The translations under genes and the position numbers were made by a program. A stretch of 21,782 bases of DNA from Elsinoe ampelina (Eukaryota). This document shows positions 1 through 8,103 of this stretch, in pieces. The notes under the pieces are model-generated. The model did not search any database. It had not been told where the DNA came from and was given only the letters and a program-made list of their open reading frames with translations. The stretch covers positions 1,443,147-1,464,928 of the forward strand of contig ML992505.1 of the NCBI GenBank assembly GCA_010093995.1. Direction: 5' to 3'. Positions within the stretch are counted from its first letter, which is position 1. Each line of letters starts with the position of its first letter.

Positions 1-2
1 TC

Positions 3-266
3 TGGGAGGATGGGGTGAAGTGGGCGGGGGCTTGGGCGTGGAATTTTGCGGATAATTGGGAGTTCGGGAGTTATGAGGCGCAATTTGGGGTGCAGACTGT
101 GAGCAGGACGACGATGGAGAGAGGGTATAAGAAGAACTTTTTGAGTTTGTGGTATTTGTTGAGGGCAGGAGGCAGAGGTAGAGGAAGGCGTGAGGTATTC
201 ATGCTATTTTGTAGAAGACAGGGCAGACATGGTGATAGGGGTTTTGCTCCTTGGGATGGATCTTGA
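3..266 (+). CDS. 3' end of a glycoside hydrolase family 1 beta-glucosidase (partial, runs in from the window edge). Probable 1-nt frameshift at T-run 138-142; the repaired stop would be 179-181.
   Basis: Frame 3 reads WEDGVKWAGAWAWNFADNWEFGSYEAQFGVQTVSRTTMERGYKKNF, matching the GH1 C-terminal signature (AW-S/N-x-x-DNWE-x-G-x-Y-x3-FG ... R-x2-K-x-S). As given, the frame runs into non-homologous-looking sequence until TGA at 264-266. Confidence 0.8.
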   Translation, partial: WEDGVKWAGAWAWNFADNWEFGSYEAQFGVQTVSRTTMERGYKKNFLSLWYLLRAGGRGRGRREVFMLFCRRQGRHGDRGFAPWDGS

Positions 267-563
267 GTGCTGGTGCTTGATGTGCATGAGGCTGATATGA
301 AACATGATAAAAACTCGCACCGTGTCTAGCACACTAGCGTTTGTTACGGAATATCGAGTGTCTTACGCTGGGTGTTTGTCATCGCTTAGGTTTGAGTATA
401 TCAGGTCTTCACCGCTTCGTCTGGGTATCGAGCGAGGTTTGAGTGAGTGGTTGACTCGAGCATCAAAACAGTGATGTCACCTTGCAGGTGATCATGCTTA
501 TATAGAGTTGCACCGGATTCATTCAAGCTTTGGCTAGCCGAGCGGGAGGCGCGTAAATTTGCC

Positions 564-571
564 AAAATTTT
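564..571. promoter_or_regulatory. RRPE-like element AAAATTTT upstream of TMA16
   Basis: AAAATTTT lies about 230 bp upstream of a ribosome-biogenesis gene, with a second A/T tract (AAAAAGTTTT) at 586-595. The motif is short, so support is weak. Confidence 0.3.
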
Positions 572-795
572 GACCTCGGGATATCAAAAAGTTTTGGACG
601 TGGGGGGTTGAAGATTGGTCAACACTTAACGTAGAGAAGACCATAACAGCACTACAGTACGGCGGTGATTGAATACCATCCGAAGAATAGCAAAATTCAC
701 TGGCAAACAGTCTCCGGTTCTATAGATACTTGGCCCGACAACTCTCCCTTTCCAGTTGCTGAGGATCCACACCGACATCGTGACAAGCGGCAAAC

Positions 796-1599
796 ATGCC
801 ATCAGCACTCAACAAAGTCCAGAAGCGGATATCGAAGAAGCGAACATCAAAGCTCGGCAAGTCTTCATCACTCAACGCACTGCACGAGAACAGCCGCGAC
901 GCACAACGAATCCGCAGAGCAGCAGCGAGAGACGAAAAAGTCATCCGCGGCGAACGAGAGCGAGAAAGGAAGAATGATCGATTCTGTAAGTGTCTTCACC
1001 ACTATCACAATCTTCCTGCTCCCTTCTTTTCCACCATGTTCCCAAGAACCAATATACTTCTTCCTCGCCACCATCCCAACCTTCCACCATTTGCCCCCCT
1101 CGCTTTCCACCACCACTAATCCACACCAGTAAAACGCCTCTCCCACATCCACGCCGCCCTCCGCCTCTCCCACCTCCAATCCCAAACCACCTCCCCTCCA
1201 ACCATGACCATCCCCGAACTCCACGCCCTCATCTCCTCCCTCCTCACAACCCACACCTCCGCCCTCGCAGCGCACATCTCCGCCCGCCGCCCAGGCCGCC
1301 CCAAGACCCGCGACCACGAGCGCGCCGAAGCCGAGCTCGCGGCCGAGGAAGCAGAGTATGAGAGTGGGTTTTGGATGGTGGATCTCCGGAAGGAGGAGAA
1401 TGTGAGGAGGTTTGAGAGGTGGGATGGGAAGTGGGAGGGGCTTGGAGGGGTGGAGTTTGTTAGGGTCAGGAGGAGGAGGGGAGGGGGAAAAGGAGAGGGG
1501 GGAGGGGAAGGGGGGATGGAGGGGGTGGAAGGAGGGGAGGGGGAGGGGTGGGAGGAGACGGTTGTGGGAAGTAGGTTTCCACCTACTGGGGCGGCTTGA
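796..1599 (+). CDS. TMA16: Translation machinery-associated protein 16. Exons 796-985, 1130-1599; 219 aa.
   Basis: MPSALNKVQKRISKK...LHENSRDAQRIRRAAARDEK joined through a GTAAGT...CTAAT...CAG intron (986-1129, phase 1) in frame to RRPGRP...EYESGFWMVDL...WDG, the typical fungal Tma16 motifs. Confidence 0.88.
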
Positions 1600-2197
1600 G
1601 GGGAGAGGGAATGTGGTCTTGCGCTGGAGAAATGGATGGGTGCGAGTGAGAGGGTGGGTGTGCTCTTGGGAGGATGGTTTCGGTGACAGGGCGCTAGCTA
1701 TCGCTGGTAGGAAGACGGTCTCGCGGGTGGTAGGATGTCATCGCTGGAAGAGTGGCATTGCTGATAGGACGACAGCGTTGTTGGTAGGATCAAGGCGGCT
1801 TGCATGCAATGGATTGACATGTTCGGAGAGACTAATTCAATTCAACGGCGCTATGACTACTACATTGCCCTTCCTTTGTATCTCGAGAGGCTTGAAAGGT
1901 ATAGCGAGAGGCGATGGGGTATTACTGGAGCTGCAAGGAGTGGTCTTGACAGGACTACGAGGAGGAGTCATAAAGAGGCTGCTCAGAGGAGCAAGATGAT
2001 CAGCAATGCATGGGTGACACGGTGGGAGAAGATCACGACTCAGCAGAGGAGAACAAATCGAGCAAGCAGTCCACACCAGCGCGGATGAAATCAGAGTGTC
2101 ATGTCATGGGTATCTTGCTGTCCCAAACGCCGGTGCCTTCCCTTCGCCTGTCCTCGTCCTGATACCCCACCGCCCCCCTCCCCTCCCCCTTCAACCT

Positions 2198-2993
2198 TCA
2201 CCTCCCCACCACCACGTCCATCTTCCTCCCCTTCATCCTCTGCCTCGCCTCCACCACATCCCTCGTCGCCAACTGCGACTCCCTGCACCCCGCCGCCTTC
2301 CCCTCCCTCGCCAGCTTCTCTCTAACCACCACCAGCAGCAACTCTCTTGCCACAATGGCCGACTCCTTGCTCTCCCTCGCGAGCCACGACAAGCCCTCCA
2401 CCAAGGTCGACGACCACTGGGACACATCCTCTTCCGGGATGATGCGGCATGCGTTGCACCCCAGCTCGGGCGCGCGGTGGGCGGCACAGACGTGCCATTT
2501 CTTGGGATGGAGCTCGGGCACCATGATCACCGATTTCCAGTCCATACCCCAGGCTTGTTCGATGTGGGCGAGGCTGGCGGCGATCCTGGGCTTGAGGGTG
2601 GGCGGACCGGAGGGGGCGGAGGGGGCGGAGGGGCTGTCGGTCATTACTACCAGGTGGTCAGCGTGATTTGATGAACTTGACGTGGATGTTGGATACCTTC
2701 GTCTTGTTGAGGTATTGGAGGCGGAGGTACTACCAGGTCTGTGAGTATGGTCTTGCGTGAGTCTAGCAGGTGAAAGGTCTTACGGTCGGCCAGCGGATTT
2801 GGTGGCATTGGGTAATCGGTCGGCTGATCTTCATCGTATGAATTCCCTGCCAGCAATGTCAGTCATTTGTCGTTGCGAGCTGTTCCTGACGAGTTGCTGG
2901 TAGTATTTTCGCCGTGGAACTACCAGGTCTGGCGTTTGGGATTGAGAACTCACAGTACAGGTTATTCATGTCTCGCTGGAAGGGGTGCGACAT
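2198..2993 (-). CDS. Orphan protein A, unknown family, paralogue of orphan B. Predicted exons 2993-2954, 2846-2784, 2729-2697, 2646-2198; 194 aa.
   Basis: Three phase-1 introns (GTGAGT..CTGAC..CAG, 107 nt; GTAAGA..CTCAC..CTGGTAG, 54 nt; GTATCC..CTGAC..CTGGTAG, 50 nt) join into one open frame: MSHPFQRDMNNLYWNSYDEDQPTDYPMPPNPLADLPPPPIPQQDEVMTDSP...HIEQAWGMDW...WSSTLVEGLSWLA...LATRDV. The C-terminal domain aligns to ORF 7432-7788. An alternative in-frame acceptor exists at 2739. Confidence 0.75.
2608..2633. repeat. Short 9-bp tandem repeat (CGGAGGGGG) x about 3, encoding PSA repeats in orphan A
   Basis: cggagggggcggagggggcggagggg read directly. Confidence 0.7.
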
Positions 2994-3168
2994 GGTGCAG
3001 GAGAAGATGCAATGGTCGATAATTGGTTGTTTGAAGGTGCGTGCTGGTAGTATCTTGCGACGAGTGACTTCGTGAATGTGGCCAGCGAAAAGGTGAGAGG
3101 TGAGGTCGAAAATGAGATTGAAAGAAATGCCAAAATATAAAGTGCAGAATCGCCTGAAGTACTACCAG
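2647..3168. repeat. Dispersed heptamer cluster 1 (CTACCAG/CTGGTAG, 6 exact copies)
   Basis: CTACCAG at 2647, 2730, 2920, 3162; CTGGTAG at 2897, 3044. All six extend to ACTACCAG/CTGGTAGT. Confidence 0.9.
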
Positions 3169-4087
3169 GCACCCATCGTCCCTACGCCCTCTATTGTCAA
3201 GCCGCCTCCAACTATTGTTACCACAGTGACAATACAGGGGAGCATGTGATAGCACGTGAGAGCCAGGAATCGCAGGAAAAAAAGTGCAAAAATGAATGGC
3301 ACATGTTCGGAATCGCACATCGACGTTTGTGGTGACAGAGAGAATAGTCTCGAATATGAGAGTAAACCCGTTGAGTGAGAGCACGGTGTCGGAGAAAGGA
3401 ACGCTTGAGCTACAGGGGCGTTCATCTCGTGGATTCATTTGGGAAACCAGCGGCAAACAATAAATATATACCTTTCCATCTGCTCTGTGAGCCCACCCGT
3501 GCGCTTGACAAGTCCTCATCACATTGCACACTTCGAAACGTCATATCATACTTCTGAGTCGTCGGTCGATTGACATGATCATGATCAACAAGGAAATATG
3601 GAGAGTCTCTAACCTTCAGCGATTCTGGAACAGAATTCGCCACAGATTGTGTCACAAGGCAATTGGGCTAGTTTCGTATTGTCACAATTGATTTCATGAA
3701 GCAAGCACTGTCGATAATCAGTCTATTGAACATGGATGGTATTGTGCACTAGTCAATCGAGGGTATGCATGCTCCGGCAGTGACCAGCCCACATGTCTCT
3801 CGAACGAGTGCAACAATCGGCACATGTCACATGAGTCGGAAGCTAGTCGTTTTCACTTCTCCAGGATCTGAAGCATGGCGATTTGAGAATGCCAGATGGG
3901 ATCTTGGTGATTCTGCCGGATCGTGATGCAACGAAAGGATGGAGAGTTTGGCAGACGTCTGGCCAAGCACAAACCCCAACTCTGACAGAGCCGCATGCAA
4001 ACGTGCTGACTCAGCTTTGAGGCTTTCAATAACCTTGAATATAATTCTAATGTCTCTACAATCACACATCGACAACACTATGTAATC

Positions 4088-4873
4088 ATGCCACAAATCG
4101 AGGAGCTTCAGACCTCCGCAAAGGCGAATGCGCCCGGCTGGTCGTATGTGGTCGACACGGGCTATGACCCCAGCAAAGTCGCCATCAATCCAACAAATCG
4201 CAAACGACTACGAACAGGCCAAGCAGAGTCCGCCTCAGACCTCACACTCCGACAGCAGACTGCGATTAATCGCTACCTCGCCGAGCTGGACAAGGACTCG
4301 CATCGCGAAGTCCAGATCGCCGTACCCAAGCCGATCAGCAACAAAAAGCAGACAACCAATGCGAAAAGGATTCTGGGGTCGGGAAAAACATTCCAGCACT
4401 ACTTGGAAGAAGAGGAGGCACGTCTTGCGCTGAAGGGTGGAGCAGAGACTGTACCACAAGGTCCGAAAGAGCAGCGACCCAGCAAGACGCCAATCGCTAG
4501 GAGGAAGAGTGCGCTTGCGAACGCAGAGAGCGCAGAGGCTAGCCCTGCACCATCCAGCCAAGGAGGAAAGTCAACACCGAAGCCAGTCCAGCAACCACCG
4601 CCATCTTCATATCCACAAGACTCAATACTGGCTATACCGCCGGCGGTCGGCATTACCGAAGAGGAGATCGAGAAATTGCTGGACCAGCCCATGCTCACTT
4701 ACAATGCGGCCAAATCAGCACCACCGAAGATGGATGGGAGGAAACCCCAGGTCTTCTGCGAGATCTGCGGATACTGGGGACGAGCGAAGTGCATGAAATG
4801 CGGCGCAAGAATCTGCGGCCTCGAATGCAGGGATACCCACGATGAGAGCAGGTGCCTGAAGTTCTACGCCTGA
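4088..4873 (+). CDS. VPS71: SWR1 complex subunit Vps71/Swc6 (zf-HIT protein); intronless, 261 aa
   Basis: N-terminal APGWSYV, ELDKDSHREVQI and RILGSGKTFQHYLEEE motifs; C-terminal HIT zinc finger FCEICGYWG..KCMKCGARICGLECRDTHDESRCLKFYA. Confidence 0.9.
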   Translation: MPQIEELQTSAKANAPGWSYVVDTGYDPSKVAINPTNRKRLRTGQAESASDLTLRQQTAINRYLAELDKDSHREVQIAVPKPISNKKQTTNAKRILGSGKTFQHYLEEEEARLALKGGAETVPQGPKEQRPSKTPIARRKSALANAESAEASPAPSSQGGKSTPKPVQQPPPSSYPQDSILAIPPAVGITEEEIEKLLDQPMLTYNAAKSAPPKMDGRKPQVFCEICGYWGRAKCMKCGARICGLECRDTHDESRCLKFYA

Positions 4874-4900
4874 TACACGACTATTTACGACTTCCACGAA

Positions 4901-5790
4901 TCACAACTGTACACCATTACACAACGCCCCGTCCACCACAAAATTCGCACCACTCGTAAACGAGCTCTTCGAACTCGCCAGAAACACCACAGCAGCAGCA
5001 ATCTCCTCCGCCTTCCCCATCCTCCCCATCGGATTCTTTCCCATTTGGCTCTTGAACAAATCCGGCATATCCCTCTCAACATTCCCCCACACCCCATCAG
5101 CAATGTATATATTCCCGGGACTCACCGTATTCGCCCTCATACCCTTTCCCGCCCACGCATGCGCCAACTGCGACGTATAGTGCACAATCGCCGCCTTCAA
5201 CGCCGCATACGGTCCCGGCGCAGTGAAATCCACATCCCGCCCCGACACCGAGGAGATGGTCACCAGATTGCCCTTGGACTTCTCCAGATACGGCTCCGCT
5301 ACGCTAGCCATGGTGTACAGCGCCTTCATGTCGGCGGCGTAAGCGGCGTCCCAGTTTTCCGGGGTGTTCTCGATGGCCAGCGCGGAGACGTTGGAGACGA
5401 TGACGTCGATGGAGGAGTGGGTGGTGACGATGTCTTGGATCCATTGGGTTAGGGAAGGCGTGGAGGTGATGTCGACTTTTGTGAAGGTGATCTTGACGGA
5501 GGGGTAGGTTTTTTGGAGGGACGAGGAGGTGGTGGTGCTGGCGTCTGAGGAGCGGGCGCAGAAGTGAACGTTGGCGCCTTCTTGGGCGCTGAGGGGGTCA
5601 GCGATGCACGAAAGTAGCATGGATAAACAGCAGCAGCTGGGTGCTTGGGGGGTAAGCATACAATGCCTCCACGATGGCTTTTCCAATGCCTTTGCTCCCA
5701 CCTGGTGTGTGTCAGTGCTGTACAGTGAGTTCGGAATTGTTTTCACGTGCCTGTGACTAGCACATTTTTGCCCTCAAGACCTAGCTTCAT
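4901..5790 (-). CDS. Classical short-chain dehydrogenase/reductase (FabG-like). Exons 5790-5751, 5701-5662, 5588-4901; 255 aa.
   Basis: Splicing restores [39 protein letters not shown] (Rossmann TGxxxGIG). Catalytic S...YAALK, NTVSPG and terminal VVDGA are present. Intron 1 is GC-AG (49 nt); intron 2 is GTATGC..CTGAC..CAG (73 nt). Confidence 0.92.
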
Positions 5791-6865
5791 GATGAGCAAT
5801 TATCCTGTAGACTTTACGATCGCGCTGCTTGCGAGAGCTGCTTATCTTGAGTTGTCAACAGTGACCTGAGACGTCATGGCATTGTGTGAGAGGTGTGGGG
5901 CGCACCAGAAGCGGGGGAGCGGCCTGGTGGAACTTTCAGCTTCGACTTCATCCTTCCTTCATTCTCGCCACAATAGTCAAATATGGATCACAGGCAATAT
6001 GAAGGACTGAATTTTCTGTGAGCGGACATGTATGGTGATATCGTGATAGTTTTGATGATTTTTGTGGTGCTTCGATGTGATTGTGGCGTGCTGTGATGTC
6101 TCGTGTCCGCAGCAGGTTTGTGCTCATCTTCTCTTTGAACGCAATGAAATGGTTACCATCTCCTTCAGAGACATGGTGATAGAGCATCGAATAGACGAAT
6201 GGAACTGACATGGCCACTACACTGCAGAGTGTCTGCGCCCACGCCCGCATGGGCTGTCGGGCGCATGATGCCAAGTGTCGTCACATGTCAGTGAAGGTAT
6301 ATATATTTTATTAATTTATCTGATCTCCAAGAGAGGCGCGAATAGGGCTATGGAGCCTGAAAGTGCGGGTGAATGGTCTAGTGGGAACCAGCAGCACCAA
6401 TTGTGCGTGTACGGCTGTACCACCAAGACCCCGGGGTATTCACTCGTAGCATTTCACTGCGGTCGCAGCCGAAGCAGTCTCAAGAAAGCACCACCCATAG
6501 AGGTACCGCAGACGAGATTGTCCAAGCCAACACCGCGTCGATTCGTGGAGATGAGATCATTGCGCGCGGATGATCGACTCGAAGCTGACTTGTCGGCACA
6601 TGCGCCTCTCTTTTTTTGTCCGGTTCGACTCACGGACTGTCCTTCTTTTTGGGCATGTCACTTCACATATTGTGGACAGGAGGGGTAAGTTGACATGTGA
6701 CAGCACGCGTGAACCCGTGAAGCAGGCTACCAGCCACTCGCATTTTTGGTGGTGCGCACGGCATATTGTGAGTTCGCACTTGCGAGATTCTCTTCACCTT
6801 CCTCTCAGCATACCGACCATCCTCGCCTCCTAGATTACTACCAGAATCAATCAAATACTACCAGG

Positions 6866-7788
6866 ATGCCGAATCCTGTCTACCAAGATGCGCGCAATGC
6901 GTTGCGTAAGATGCACTGCACCTGGAGAAGCCGCGATGTGAGATCTGATTTTTCACACAGTCAACGGTCTGGCCTCCGGGTCAAAGAGGAAGAGGGAGGA
7001 AGAGCCTCCGGCTGCTGGTAGTTACAACGGCTCTATTCCTACCAGGCGCGGCTGGTCTGACTAGTATAGCAGTATCTGAGGGAGAGGGAGAGGCCGGCGG
7101 CCCCCCTGCAGAAGAAGGTAATACACCATCACGTCTGCAGATATCCTACCACGATGCTGACGACCTGGTAGTTTCTACTGGTGAGGAAGAGGCTGGCGGG
7201 TCCGCCTCCACAGAACAAGGTATGGCACCACCAATTTCACATTGTCGATCAACCTACCAGAATGCTGACGACCTGGTAGTACCCGAGGCCGAGGGTGGCG
7301 CTGGCGCCCCCTCCAACGAGCCCGCAGACGACGGTATTGCTCACCCCTTCTCATAATCATCCTACCAGCATACTGACGGCCTGGTAGTTTCCGGCGCGCC
7401 AAGCTCGAAGAAGCAGCGCAAAGACAACCGCGTGGTCGCAATGGACCACCTCCGTACCAACTGGGGAGAAGACTGGGTCGAGAAGGTCATGGACGACGAG
7501 ATCCTTCCGTGGGTGGCGACCGGCCCGGAGGTACTTGCTGGTAGGACCAGCGAGGGCAAATCCTACCAGACGGGCATTCGTTTGCTGAGGAATCCAGAGG
7601 AGTGGTCGACCTCCCTGGTAGTTGAGATGGCTTGGCTGGCGAAGAAGACGCCTGGGGAGCAGGAGAAGGTCAAGGGGATGCTCAAGAAGCAGTTGGGTGG
7701 CAAGCTGGAGGCGGAGGGATTCAAGGGTGGTGCTGGGTTGGTTTTGCTGGCTCCCAGAGATGTCAAGGCGGTGGTTGCTATGCTGTAA
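6866..7788 (+). CDS. Orphan protein B, unknown family, paralogue of orphan A, probably nuclear. Predicted exons 6866-6905, 6961-7017, 7073(or 7070)-7117, 7172-7219, 7280-7333, 7388-7788; about 214 aa.
   Basis: Five phase-1 GT-AG introns of 52-60 nt, each with a CTGAY branch site, give one open frame: MPNPVYQDARNALLNGLASGSKRKREEEPPAA-VSEGEGEAGGPPAEE-VSTGEEEAGGSASTEQ-VPEAEGGAGAPSNEPADD-VSGAPSSKKQRKDNRVVAMDHLRTNWGEDW...WSTSLVVEMAWLA...LAPRDV. KRKR and KKQRK are NLS-like. Confidence 0.8.
7073..7387 (+). repeat. Three degenerate tandem exon+intron units of about 100-108 bp inside orphan B
   Basis: Units 7073-7171, 7172-7279 and 7280-7387 each comprise an acidic/Gly exon ending GAAG/CAAG/GACG, a GTA donor, and an intron tail cctacca(c/g)-xat(g/a)ctgacg(a/g)c-ctggtag. 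Confidence 0.85.
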
Positions 7789-8103
7789 TTTGTGGTAGTT
7801 CATGAGCGAGAAATACTACCAGAGAACATGCCGGCGGGCTGTCGATTGTTGAAGACTCTACATACCATCCTTGCTATGTGCAGTGATTACTACCAGGACA
7901 CGAGAACTTCATGACAAGATCCGGGTCATTGGCCATCTTTCTGGTAGTACCAGGCGGAAACATCCTACCAGGCAAGTGACATGGTCTAGCACCAGTGACA
8001 TGAGATGGCTCATGAAATTAAGAAGTGACGGAGACTTCTGGTAATAACAGACGTGGCAATCCTACTAGGCCAGCTTCGGAGGAAGGGCAAGAACATATGT
8101 GCA

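Larger units (their letters stand above)
6838..7971. repeat. Dispersed heptamer cluster 2 (CTACCAG/CTGGTAG, 16 exact copies plus near matches)
   Basis: CTACCAG at 6838, 6858, 7039, 7254, 7362, 7563, 7816, 7890, 7965; CTGGTAG at 7015, 7165, 7273, 7381, 7538, 7615, 7941. One-mismatch copies at 6880, 7146, 7792, 7947. Confidence 0.95.

Noticed and set aside
1412..2088. ORFs 1412-1999, 1804-2088 and 1837-2076
   Set aside because: No recognisable motifs or convincing splice structure; likely by-products of G-rich, stop-poor sequence.
2954..2993. 40-nt first exon as stand-alone proof of A/B homology
   Set aside because: The unrelated SDR gene also has a 40-nt first exon, so length alone is weak. 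Homology rests on the C-terminal alignment.
2962..4096. ORFs such as 2962-3531 (-) and 3827-4096 (-)
   Set aside because: Atypical composition and no domain; region is best read as the divergent promoter interval of orphan A and VPS71.
5948..6854. ORFs 5948-6274, 6275-6688 and 6570-6833
   Set aside because: No homology cues; treated as intergenic between SDR and orphan B.
7146..7387. CRISPR-like array (palindromic repeats at about 108-bp period)
   Set aside because: Eukaryotic context, degenerate repeats, no cas genes; the spacers are explained as exons plus intron 5' halves.
6838..7971. Telomeric repeat or bacterial Chi site interpretation of the heptamer
   Set aside because: Copies are dispersed and bidirectional rather than tandem, and do not match TTAGGG or GCTGGTGG.
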